Positions 54,234-64,000 of a stretch of 64,000 nucleotides of DNA are shown here, one piece after another. How positions within the stretch are numbered: position 1 is the first letter of the stretch; each line of letters starts with the position of its first letter. The DNA comes from an uncultured Nitrososphaerales archaeon. GTDB lineage: Archaea > Thermoproteota > Nitrososphaeria > Nitrososphaerales > Nitrososphaeraceae. The notes beneath the pieces were generated by a model, which had not been told where the DNA came from, ran no database searches, and saw only the letters and a program-made list of their open reading frames with translations. Both the position numbers and the translations under genes were made by a program. The stretch spans positions 32,001 to 96,000 of the forward strand of contig CAVPXM010000021.1 in the NCBI GenBank assembly GCA_963709405.1, given 5' to 3'.

Positions 54234-55634
54234 CTATTTATTGATTACATAAAAGTCGTATATTGGAGCAGACTCATTGTTGGTAGATCTCTTCCTAAAA
54301 CTGTATTCAATAATGGCAAAAAATGCTGGAAACGTTTCGATCAATCCAAGAATAGGACAGAGTACGAGAGTTTGAATATGCATAAGAAATTTTTTACTCA
54401 ACTTTACTTTGGAATATCGTAAGTTTAGGAATAATCCTAACTGGTATGAAAATAGCCACACAAGCGAAGAAATGAAAATCAAAGATGCCGTCGCTACTTC
54501 ATAAGATGATCCTCCAGACCAAAGATGGAGTATCGATTCACTGTAAAGTACGTCAACAGTTTTGTTAAAAGTACTACTCATCATATCGATGCTTGCTGAC
54601 CCCGCAATTCCGTTCGCCGCTAATAATGTTAGGATGAATGGTATGTGCATCAAAAGAGAAAGGGCAATCGAGGTTATACCAGCTGCAAAGCCTAAAAAGT
54701 ATGTTGTTAACTTGTAGATAACTTTCAACTTATGGATAGAGGTAAACTTGTCAATATTCTGCAGGCTCCCTACAACCCATCTTCTCCTTTGCATAAAATG
54801 ATCTTTAATGTTCAATGGGGGCTGTTCCAACAAAATTCCGCCATGCCATCCTAATGAATTAGCACCATATTTCTGATAAATTTCATAACCAAACAATTGG
54901 TCCTCTGCAAGCGTGGGTCCAAAATCCCAACCTATTGAATCTTCGACATCAGATCTAACCAATAGATTACTGCCATGCATATGCAACGGAGGCGTTTTAA
55001 TGATGGCACTATTTGTCATTTGAGATACGCAATCGTAGCATGAGAAAGGCCTGACAGATTCTGCGAGGGCAGTCAGAAAATTAGCGGATTCAAATTTTAA
55101 TGGGTAAAAGATAGGACCTTCCGCAGCCACCCCGTTACCTTCTCTGATGAATTTTAAAAGCGATAGGATAGTCTGAGGTGTAACAAAGCTTTCGTCATCT
55201 AAGTGAAAAATCCAATAGCTTTTGTTATTTTGGAGACATCGACGACGATGAACCACCCCGTATTGTAGAGCTCTACCTTTCTTTATAGCTGAAGTCTTGA
55301 AAGATTTATCGACGACTACAACTTCGCACTTTGAATCTCTCAAATTCTGGATATCCCTGGCATCTTCTGTTACAACAGATATGAGATATTTTCGATAACG
55401 TAGTTGATCACTTGAATCCATTATCGAACGTATTCCACGGAGTACTACAGGAGTATCCGTAGCTGATCTAGTAGTAATTTGAAAAATAATTGTGGGATCG
55501 TTATAAATCCTTATAGGATTTTTAAGTACAAAGACCTTATTATTTAATATACATCTAGTGATTGCAATAAAAGCAATAGGAATATTCAAGAGCCAGATAA
55601 TAGTCAAAATGTTCATTATCAAGCTTTGTACCAT
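54234..55634 (-). CDS. membrane GT2 glycosyltransferase, Egghead/BRE-3-like
   Basis: KGRALQY, IFHLDDES, HGSNLLV, AED and QRRRW, with an N-terminal TM and several C-terminal TMs. Confidence 0.88.
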   Translation of the reverse strand: MVQSLIMNILTIIWLLNIPIAFIAITRCILNNKVFVLKNPIRIYNDPTIIFQITTRSATDTPVVLRGIRSIMDSSDQLRYRKYLISVVTEDARDIQNLRDSKCEVVVVDKSFKTSAIKKGRALQYGVVHRRRCLQNNKSYWIFHLDDESFVTPQTILSLLKFIREGNGVAAEGPIFYPLKFESANFLTALAESVRPFSCYDCVSQMTNSAIIKTPPLHMHGSNLLVRSDVEDSIGWDFGPTLAEDQLFGYEIYQKYGANSLGWHGGILLEQPPLNIKDHFMQRRRWVVGSLQNIDKFTSIHKLKVIYKLTTYFLGFAAGITSIALSLLMHIPFILTLLAANGIAGSASIDMMSSTFNKTVDVLYSESILHLWSGGSSYEVATASLIFISSLVWLFSYQLGLFLNLRYSKVKLSKKFLMHIQTLVLCPILGLIETFPAFFAIIEYSFRKRSTNNESAPIYDFYVINK

Positions 55635-55858
55635 TATAGGATTGTAAGTGTGACCCAATATGAGTACATTCTTTCTAGAATACAATTTAAAGAACAAGTG
55701 CCCCTTCAAGAAATGGATTAGAATATCTAACTCTGTACGTCAGTACATTGGAATATTCAATTTAACAACTACAAATACTAAGGAATTCTTATTTCTAGAA
55801 AAACTAGGGATAAAAATGCATTTAGCTTGTTCTTTCGATGGAGCCTGTTGAACATTAG

Positions 55859-56785
55859 ATGCCTTCCGAGAGCAAGTTAAACGATTTTAATGATGCTGCC
55901 TATTGTGATCAATGCAAAAGCTATACCGTTATTTTTGATATGATTTCCAGTGAATATGTATGCAGTTCATGCGGTTGCGTTGCGAATGATAAGTTCTTTA
56001 ATAATGAAAGTGGTGCAGCATTTACTGCCCAATCGGGTTACAGTGATAGGTCTAGGACAGGAATGCCAGAATCCTTAGCAATTCATCATAAAGGCTTGTC
56101 TACGTTGATAGGGCTTGGAGATACCGATGCTAGGGGAAAGGCATTGGAACCAGCACAAAAATTGAAAATGCAGAGACTACGGACCTGGAATAATAGATCG
56201 CAGTTAAATGACTCCATTTCACGCAATTTAGAGAAGGCTTTGAAATTTCTCAATAACTTCGGAGACAAGCTTTACCTGAGTCAGGCAGTGATGGAAAGTG
56301 CGGCTTACATATACAGAAAGGCGGCTGTTAAAAAATTAGCAAAGGGTAGATCCACTCTTGGCCTTGTTGGAGCTGCCCTTTACGCAGCATGTAGGGAGAC
56401 CGAGACTCCAAAAACTATCTCTGACGTAGCCGCGGTTTGTAACCTGTCTAGCAAGGACGTTATGTCACATTATAAGCTGATTCTAAAGGAACTTTCTTTA
56501 CAAATGCCAGTCCTGCACGGTCCTGACTATGTGACTCTCATCTCAAATAGATTGAATTTAAGTGAAAGAACCAAGCGCGAAGCCTTAAAGGTATATTCGG
56601 AGGTGCAGCTCAACCGAATATCTATCGGGAAAAATCCAAGGGCCTTGGCAGGTGCAGTAATTTATCTTGCTTCACAGAATTGTAATGAATTTCTTAGGCA
56701 AGTGGAAATTTGTCAAGTGGCTGATATTTCTACTGTGTCGCTAAGAAAACGATGTAAGGAGATAAAGGCAACTCTTTCCATCTGA
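55859..56785 (+). CDS. tfb: transcription initiation factor IIB paralog
   Basis: Zn ribbon CDQC...CSSCG, RSRTG, GLST.IG, RLRTW, two cyclin repeats (YAACR, GKNP). Confidence 0.93.
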   Translation: MPSESKLNDFNDAAYCDQCKSYTVIFDMISSEYVCSSCGCVANDKFFNNESGAAFTAQSGYSDRSRTGMPESLAIHHKGLSTLIGLGDTDARGKALEPAQKLKMQRLRTWNNRSQLNDSISRNLEKALKFLNNFGDKLYLSQAVMESAAYIYRKAAVKKLAKGRSTLGLVGAALYAACRETETPKTISDVAAVCNLSSKDVMSHYKLILKELSLQMPVLHGPDYVTLISNRLNLSERTKREALKVYSEVQLNRISIGKNPRALAGAVIYLASQNCNEFLRQVEICQVADISTVSLRKRCKEIKATLSI

Positions 56786-57099
56786 AATTAAGATTAGATA
56801 AAACTGCGGTTATTTGGTCGACAAAATTTACAATATATGCGATTCGTGCATCATCCTGAGCTGGAATCTTAATGAGAACCTCGAAAAACCTTGAGTAAAA
56901 GGTTGCTGATATTGAACAATCAGCTGGAATGTAACAAGGGCTTAATTGCGCTCCAAATCGAATTGTAAGATCGGATCGAGTCTTCTGGGATTCGACGGAA
57001 TTAAACATGATGCTCTAATAGCCTGAGGTGTGGCTGACTCGTCTGACCAAAAATGTTAATCTGAAAGGAATGTATATGTGCGTAGAACGAGACATGATT

Positions 57100-58047
57100 T
57101 TAGAGTATCGTTACGCTTTCTGATAAATCGAAGCCGTTTCTGATTGAGCGCAATTGATCACCAGATATTGAAATATAGCCTATGCCAAACTTGGGATAAG
57201 CTTCATTGCAGGAAAATAGGGTCAACACCCTCCCGTTATGATCAAGTTTGAACCCGTAGCATGGTTCGTGACCTCTAACAATAACCTTAGTATTTGAAAT
57301 ACTCAACCATTTTTTAGAAATATTTAAACCGAAGTGTCTACCTAAACCCCTTCTGGAATTCTCCCAGTCCTTTCCATCCGGGATGAGTTTCCTAGGATCG
57401 TTCCATAATATTTCTTCCACTATTCCGCCATATGCTTCAGAAATCCGTTCATGACCTAGTATCTTTCTAAAATTCCTTGTCATGATATTAAGCTCTGTCG
57501 GGACACCGCCATGAACGACAAATAATTTTCTGTCAATAATAGTAATCAGATAAAGTAATTGAAAAAATTTAATAATTTTGTTTTGGTATATTTCATTCCC
57601 TATTCTTTTGCCAAAACGTTCCGTCATTTTTCTGGGGAGGTCGTGTGATGAGAATGGGAACTCAACAGGTGCTTCATGATTTCCACGCATTAATATGATC
57701 GAATTCGGATGTCTTCTCTTCAGAGAACAAATTGTGTACAACACTTCGATAGATCCAGACCCTCTATCAACATAATCGCCCAAAAATACAATCTTATTAT
57801 TAGGGTTGAGAATATACTCCTCGATTCTAATCTTTTTGAAGATATTATTTAACGCACACGAATCACCATGTATATCCCCAATTACAACAAGATTTTCTGG
57901 AATTTCGAGCTCGAGGAGTTTATTAGAAATCTTTCCTCCAGTTATTAGCCCTGTATTTTGTTCTTTTTGTAAAGCGTTAATAGCAGCGTCTAAAGTGGTC
58001 GCATATTCACTAGCTGAAATGCGTGACGCCTCTAGATAATCCATCAA
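57100..58047 (-). CDS. PPP-family Ser/Thr protein phosphatase
   Basis: GDIHG, GDYVDRG, RGNHE, VHGG, LWNDP, RGHE. Confidence 0.93.
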   Translation of the reverse strand: MMDYLEASRISASEYATTLDAAINALQKEQNTGLITGGKISNKLLELEIPENLVVIGDIHGDSCALNNIFKKIRIEEYILNPNNKIVFLGDYVDRGSGSIEVLYTICSLKRRHPNSIILMRGNHEAPVEFPFSSHDLPRKMTERFGKRIGNEIYQNKIIKFFQLLYLITIIDRKLFVVHGGVPTELNIMTRNFRKILGHERISEAYGGIVEEILWNDPRKLIPDGKDWENSRRGLGRHFGLNISKKWLSISNTKVIVRGHEPCYGFKLDHNGRVLTLFSCNEAYPKFGIGYISISGDQLRSIRNGFDLSESVTIL

Positions 58048-58264
58048 ATAGATATCGGGTTGCTACAATGAGTTAAATGTGTTCTGGGAATTGTAACTGT
58101 AAAAATCTAGCTATTGATACGTAAAGTCGTTGTTTCGAGGATTAGAAAGTCCTTTAGTTGATTTTTCCTCCTTTTACTTGCGATCCGTCTCATATTCATC
58201 GAAAACTATCGGGGAGAAGAGGTAGGCATTGATCGCTAAAATCGTCCTAACAATTCTCATATAT

Positions 58265-59029
58265 TCAGATATACGAGGTTATAAATAGAGCCATGGTAGA
58301 AGCCATAGTACAAGCCCAAACAACCTTATTCCAGTCAAAAATCTTTTGTCCATCAAGGACTCCAAATGGTAACAAATTAAACATCGCAATCCATGCATTA
58401 AACGACGCTCCCACATACATATACGGGTTGTAGGGGAGCAGATAGGATGACATTAGAAATGCAAAGCCCATCACCAAATTCGTCATAGGACCAATTAATG
58501 CAACCCTTCCAAACCGGCTCTTGTCTGATAAACCAACCATAACTGCCCCAGGCGCAATGAATTTAAATGGCATAATCGGCAGCGCCGATATAGCAGTAAT
58601 TATCAATCCATATAATTGTGCACGAAATTCTGCCCAGCTACCGTAATACTGGGCCAAAAACTTGTGGGCTAGTTCGTGTACAAGAAATGCACTAATAAAG
58701 ATGGCGAGAAACTGCCAGGAAATATATCTGTAGTGATTAAAGGATAAACCAACCGCCATAACTAGGACTGTGGCTATAGATAGATGTAACAGTTCGGTTT
58801 TGGAAGTCTTTATCTTTACCGCTCTAGTTAGCGATCTTCCAAATGATGAATTTGTGGAACGTCCAACGTAATCGTCCTGCATCATGATTTTTCTCTTTTC
58901 GATATATTTACTAATGAATGGACATGAGTGGTTTACTGGAATCCTATGTAAATTACAGAACCATTCGCCACAATAATTACACTTAAAAGGAATACTTTCT
59001 TCGTACCCACATGTAGAACAATTCTTCAA
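58265..59029 (-). CDS. AN1 zinc finger fused to M50 (site-2) membrane protease
   Basis: CSTC..PFKCNYC..FCNLHRIPVNHSC, then HELAH, GPMTN and NLLPFGVLDG. Confidence 0.88.
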   Translation of the reverse strand: MKNCSTCGYEESIPFKCNYCGEWFCNLHRIPVNHSCPFISKYIEKRKIMMQDDYVGRSTNSSFGRSLTRAVKIKTSKTELLHLSIATVLVMAVGLSFNHYRYISWQFLAIFISAFLVHELAHKFLAQYYGSWAEFRAQLYGLIITAISALPIMPFKFIAPGAVMVGLSDKSRFGRVALIGPMTNLVMGFAFLMSSYLLPYNPYMYVGASFNAWIAMFNLLPFGVLDGQKIFDWNKVVWACTMASTMALFITSYI

Positions 59030-59528
59030 AGTGATTGCTTGTCATATATATTCTGCTATAAGGTAATATCAACCTTCTATCTTCGATAAGCAAATGTGTA
59101 GGGACGCTGAGGCTATATGAAGGACTATCTGCTTCATCCGAGTCTTCATAGTTAAGTTCCTTTGTGATAATTTGCACAACGGCAAGCATTTAACCTTGCT
59201 TGAAATCTAGTAACAAAAACAGTTGAATCGTAGCGCAGCGTAAGATCGTAATATCATTTGTCATCTTTCATCTAGTCATCTTTATTCCTGCATCTCTGAC
59301 AAGGTCTAAATTTCTGATCATATGTTAAACTAGTGATATGTCTGTTCGACTTCATCACGTTGAAATACGTTCAAAGTTTCATCATTCTCGACCTGGCAAA
59401 ATGGCTCTCTGAGTATTCGTTGCCAGTTTATGCATTCGTAGCAACAATCTCTTATCTTCCGTTCTAATCTCTTCATCACAATTGCCGATGTAGCTATTGA
59501 TTGATTATAATTAAATTTTAGCGGACTT

Positions 59529-60516
59529 AACCTATCCGAAAACTAGTTGAGTTTTATTGAGTTATAAGCAAACTGCATTTAATCAATATAGCTAAACTGT
59601 ACTGCACTTTCTTCTGAGTTGTATTGATATCAGATGATGTTACTGGAGTTGATTCATGGTACTGCATACCTGATATTGTATGAGACAGATCCATTGCATT
59701 GCGCTGCTACCGTCACCATCATCAATACATTGGAATAGAAAAAAGACTGGTCGTCCAAGAATGGATGACAGGACGGCCATGAGTGCTATTTTCTACATCT
59801 TAAGAACTGGATGTCAATGGAAGGCTCTACCAAGAAGTCTCGGTGCTTCAAGTACAGTACATGATAGATAGATTCCAACAGTGGAGGGAAGAAGGTGTAT
59901 TCAAACGCATCTGGATCGATGGATTGTCAGTATATGATTAAAATAATAGAATAGATTGGAAATGGCAGGCTATGGATGGTGGTGTTATTACAAAAGTACC
60001 TCTTGGGGGGAAAAAGTACAGGACCAAATCCCTCACACACACAGACAGAAGTAAATCAGGTACAAAGTGCAGTATATTGGTGGTAGATGGTAAAGGGGTT
60101 CCTATTGGTGTATACGTAGATGGTGCTAACAGACAGACATGATATGAAAACGAGCAAAGCAACACTTCAGAGTATAGTAGTAATCTATAGACCTGAACCA
60201 ACAATCAGATCAAAGCAGCACATGTACCTTGACAAGGGTTATGACTTTCCTGAAGTATACGAAATGCTAGAAGAAGAGTATGTATGGTTATACAATTCAC
60301 ATCCGATTAAGAGGAGAAGAAAGTAGCAACATAAAAAGAGAAAAATTACCTAAATATAGAGCTAGACGATGGGTCGTTGAAAGGACTCATTCTTGGATGA
60401 ACCGGTTTAGACGTTTGTTAATTAGATGGGAGAAATAGGTAGAGAACCATATTGCGATATTACATTTTGCTTGTGCTTGGATCACTTACAGAAGAGCAGG
60501 AACTCTCGGATAGGTT
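59529..60516 (+). mobile_element. degenerate IS5-family element
   Basis: TGRPRMDDR..MSAIFYILRTGCQWKALP..STVHDR, DRSKSGTK, DGKGVP, DKGYD and RWVVERTHSWMNRFRRL, with stops and frameshifts. TIRs AACCTATCCGA (59529) and TCGGATAGGTT (60506-60516). Confidence 0.92.
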
Positions 60517-60517
60517 C

Positions 60518-60677
60518 TTAGTCAAATTACAACGGTTCACCCTCGATATCTAACATTACTTCTTTCATGATGTTTCAATCCAGTATTAGTCAAATTATAA
60601 CATTTTCTCGCATTACTTGTTTTGTTCTCATTAGTTATGTTTCAATCCTTTCAAACCTATATTAGTCAAATTACAAC
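60518..60677 (-). CRISPR. orphan degenerate CRISPR array: 3 repeats (one truncated by IS5), 2 spacers (38 and 37 nt)
   Basis: Plus-strand repeats: TTAGTCAAATTACAAC (60518-60533), GTTTCAATCCAGTATTAGTCAAATTATAAC (60572-60601) and GTTTCAATCC[TTTCAAACC]TATATTAGTCAAATTACAAC (60639-60677). The reverse complement is ~GTTGTAATTTGACTAATATAGGATTGAAAC, ending in ATTGAAAC. Confidence 0.8.
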
Positions 60678-61203
60678 AATGCGAGTATGTGACTGCGAGT
60701 ATAATGGAAAGATCGTAATGATAATGGGCAAAAATGCTAGTCCTACGATTTCGAAGCTTATAACAAGAACGGACTATATAGAGATAAGGAACATAATTGG
60801 ACTTAAGCGACTCTATAATGATCTTAGTGATTGAAGCCCTTAATTTTATATACAGTACCTAAATCCTAGTGACAATACGGAGTTTTGAGTGAGGAATGTA
60901 ACTATGACGGATCTTGTAATATCATTTTCATTTCTCAAATGATGATCTGAGTTTAGAAATATGGTGGTTTGTCATTAAGATCTACAATTCATGATGACCA
61001 TTTCAGTTATCCAATCTAATCTGACAATCATATTTTAATTATAATTGACCTTGGTAACACATATGAAAATCGATGTGTAATCAGCAGCTGAGGTTGAAAT
61101 TTCTATAACTGTGAATATATCCATATTATATGATAATTTATTAATTTAGTAATTAAATTAAATTGTTGATAGCAATGAATTCATATATCTAACCGTCGGA
61201 GAA

Positions 61204-62331
61204 TTACCCTATAAAGTAAAAGCCCACGGCTATTATTACGAAGACAGATGTGAGCATCACACCCTCGAACCAGTTACTCTTTCCATCATGGGCAATCCAA
61301 TTTAGTATTATTACAGCTAAAAATAATGCAATCAATTCAAATGTTGTAAATACAAGTGTAAAGGGTTGATGGATTATAATTCCTATTATTACTAGTGTTG
61401 GAGCAACGAATAAAGCAACTTGGGTTCCAGATCCAGATGCAATCCCTATCGATAAATCAAGCTTATTCCTTATTGCAAGGATTACTGCACTACTATGTTC
61501 TGCCGCATTTCCTATTATACCAACAATAATTGCTCCGACAAATAATTCTCCAAATCCAAATTCCTTAGCAGCAACCGACACTGTTCCAACGAGGATCTCG
61601 CTCGTTATTACAACCCCTATGATGCTTAACGAAAGCACTGTAAAGCATCTTTTTTTGCTCCAGATCAACAATGGTTCGCCATTATTCACAACTCCCTTAA
61701 AGTCTCCTTTCTGAACTTCTGCCTCGATTATTTCACTTCCTTCAGTAAACAAATGCTTATGAGTCACAAAGGTAAAGATGATACCACCAACATAGACTGC
61801 CAGCAAAATAAACGCTACTAACTCGCTCAACAATTGTATTTTATTTCCATTCAAGTCGGTTTGAGCACTGGTACTCAGTGTAGTCGCAGCTAATATCGTC
61901 GGGATGGTCAGTCCTATTATTGCTAGGAATAACATCGATGTTTGCATGCCTGTATTTTCCTTGTTGAATAGTTGTTCTTTGTTTCTAAAACCTCCTGCAA
62001 TAAGACTCAAGCCAAGGATCAAGAGGATATTTCCTAAAATAGACCCAGTGATAGATGCTTTGACTAATGTAAAGAGGCCCGCGTTCATTGCTGAAGTTGC
62101 TATTATTAGTTCTGGCGCATTGCCAAATGTTACGTTAAGCAATGAGCCCGCAGTGGCACCGTAATGCGAACCCAGGTGTTCAGTAGAATCGCCTATCAGC
62201 TTCGCTAATGGAATCAAGCCAATACAGGCGAATATAAATGTCAAATAATGATCAGAATGAATCAGATCGGAAATAGTAGCTACGGGTACGAATAAAAGAA
62301 GAAAAATATAAACCACAAGGGATCTTGTCAT
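61204..62331 (-). CDS. cax: Ca2+/H+ exchanger (CaCA family)
   Basis: GNAPE and GNAAEH alpha repeats, GSILGNILL, DGKSNWFEG. Confidence 0.93.
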   Translation of the reverse strand: MTRSLVVYIFLLLFVPVATISDLIHSDHYLTFIFACIGLIPLAKLIGDSTEHLGSHYGATAGSLLNVTFGNAPELIIATSAMNAGLFTLVKASITGSILGNILLILGLSLIAGGFRNKEQLFNKENTGMQTSMLFLAIIGLTIPTILAATTLSTSAQTDLNGNKIQLLSELVAFILLAVYVGGIIFTFVTHKHLFTEGSEIIEAEVQKGDFKGVVNNGEPLLIWSKKRCFTVLSLSIIGVVITSEILVGTVSVAAKEFGFGELFVGAIIVGIIGNAAEHSSAVILAIRNKLDLSIGIASGSGTQVALFVAPTLVIIGIIIHQPFTLVFTTFELIALFLAVIILNWIAHDGKSNWFEGVMLTSVFVIIAVGFYFIG

Positions 62332-62657
62332 CTTCAAATGTCCTGTCAAGACCAAAGTTTCTACACCGTTATGAATTGAATTGTCCTCTAGTATAATTGT
62401 AATTTGGAACTATACAAGACGAGCTTAGGAACAACTATGATTCATGCTCATATTCCTGTACATCATCCCAACCACAATCTGGTAACATTTATTCCTACTT
62501 GACAAAATCTGCTAACATGGATTAACAATTGAGGGCTTAATTAAAGCCAAGATTATAATAGTGAAGTACATTTATCTAAGATTAGAAGAATATTCATTGT
62601 GTCATAATATCACTGCCCGATTGTTAACAATTGAATTAGTCTTACTCGATAGCACGA

Positions 62658-62837
62658 CTACGAAGTTCGAATTAATCCCCTTAGCTTTTCCTTAAATTCT
62701 GGCGTAATGTCTTCCGTTTTCATCCCGTGTTCATCCATAGCATGTTGCCCACCCTTTCTGAAAATCTCTTCTTCGGTTTCACCCTCTACTACATGGTCAC
62801 AATCAAATCCCGCCTCACGGCATGATAATGTTTTCAT
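62658..62837 (-). CDS. DUF1059-type small metal-binding protein
   Basis: Manual translation MKTLSCREAGFDCDHVVEGETEEEIFRKGGQHAMDEHGMKTEDITPEFKEKLRGLIRTS (C-x6-C...H-x4-H). Confidence 0.85.
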   Translation of the reverse strand: MKTLSCREAGFDCDHVVEGETEEEIFRKGGQHAMDEHGMKTEDITPEFKEKLRGLIRTS

Positions 62838-63481
62838 TCACTTTTGGACCACTGCTTACCTTATAATTATGTTACTTGTAATTAACATGATGTTGGCAGA
62901 TTAATAAAATCGAGTTAGTAAGAAACAAAGATAGGTTAGTTAGGCCCATAATGTTAGAAGACACTATGGCGGTCCATGTTTTCCACACACAGTTGTCGAT
63001 ATTAAGACTAGGGAAAAAGATTAAGACAGGATTAGCCATAAATTGGCCGTAAATATAATATGATCGGTACAAGGATTTTTCCAAACTGAGTGTATACCAG
63101 TTAACATAAGTAATCTAACACATTCCAGGTCAGATAACTACGCATATTCAGATTGCCGTTACCGTACTTATGTTAATTGGTATAGTTTGACGACGTAAGG
63201 TACGAAAGGAGTCTACATGTTAAGGGGGAAACACTATCTTTTGAGAAGGACCAAACAATAAATTAGCAGTACGAGGCAGTAGTAATCGGGCACATGAGAT
63301 GAATCGACCAATTTGTTTGATTAGACCAGAATATGATCTTGAGTAATTAAAAAGATAGAATAGCTCAAGTTTACTACCGTCTAGTAATGAAAATATCTGC
63401 TCACATTACCCTATTTTACTTAGAATGATTTTGAAAAAAGTCTACTTGCAACTGTTAAATGACCTAGTTTCAAAATTGTAT

Positions 63482-63910
63482 TTAAGGATGGTCAATGATC
63501 TCATTGACTCTTTCCAAAATCTCATCATTTTCTATCGGCTTTTGTATATAATATCGCTGCCCTGATTTAGGAAATACTTCTTTCTTGAATATGTCATATT
63601 CATGTAACTCACTTAACGCTGTCAGAAAACACACTTTGATCTTTTTATCGATCTTAATTAATTCTTTATAGAGTTCAAATCCGTTCATTTGTGGCATTTT
63701 TATGTCTAAAATCAGGAGGTTGTAAGTATCGAGCTTGAAATTTTTTACCGCCTGTAGGGGTTCTGTGTATGTATCCACTTTAAAGTTATTTCTCTCAAGT
63801 ACTGTCTTCAAAGTAATTACTATGTCTGGTTCATCATCTACAACGAGAATTGATCCCTTTTTTTCCAGAGTTGAGTTGGTTTCTCCTCCGTATGACGGCA
63901 TAGTATGCAT
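63482..63910 (-). CDS. stand-alone response regulator receiver
   Basis: ILVVDDE, LDIKMPQMNG, FLTA, YIQKP. Confidence 0.93.
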   Translation of the reverse strand: MHTMPSYGGETNSTLEKKGSILVVDDEPDIVITLKTVLERNNFKVDTYTEPLQAVKNFKLDTYNLLILDIKMPQMNGFELYKELIKIDKKIKVCFLTALSELHEYDIFKKEVFPKSGQRYYIQKPIENDEILERVNEIIDHP

Positions 63911-64000
63911 TTCATTACGTCATCAAATATTATAGCCTTATCGCTTTTAACAACTAAGAACCCATCCCAAAAATAGATAGACATATCAGCTTGTGATTTT

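Noticed and set aside
56730-57008. 92-aa minus-strand ORF between tfb and the phosphatase
   Set aside because: It overlaps the tfb 3' end and has no motif, so support is insufficient.
59330-59479. 49-aa minus-strand ORF (MMKRLERKIRDCCYEC...) beside the IS5
   Set aside because: A few Cys residues but no recognisable family; it could be chance.
60622-60834. 70-aa plus-strand ORF
   Set aside because: It overlaps the CRISPR repeat and the putative leader, so it is spurious.

Overview
AT-rich chromosomal segment of an ammonia-oxidising archaeon (Nitrososphaerota, most likely a soil Nitrososphaerales). It carries amoB, amoX and amoA, plus two small membrane-protein genes upstream of rps15 that are candidates for the AMO subunits AmoY/AmoZ. 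Other content: tiaS, a stand-alone nurA-herA pair, two GT2 glycosyltransferases, an APC permease-Usp fusion, rps15-DHH-pcc1-serS, 2-oxoacid:ferredoxin oxidoreductase, pdxST, three tRNAs (two with BHB introns), the LysW-dependent Arg/Lys cluster (both LysW end in EDWGQ instead of EDWGE), dph5, a GvpD/KaiC-like ATPase, a TFB paralog, a PPP phosphatase, an AN1-M50 protease and a Ca/H exchanger. There are two decayed IS6 elements, one decayed IS5, and an orphan 3-repeat CRISPR array cut by the IS5. Several small genes missing from the ORF track were found by hand. Several housekeeping genes carry 1-nt frameshifts, nearly all next to AGCT sites, which suggests methylation-linked long-read errors rather than true pseudogenes. 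All family assignments come from motif recognition and recall; no database searches were run.
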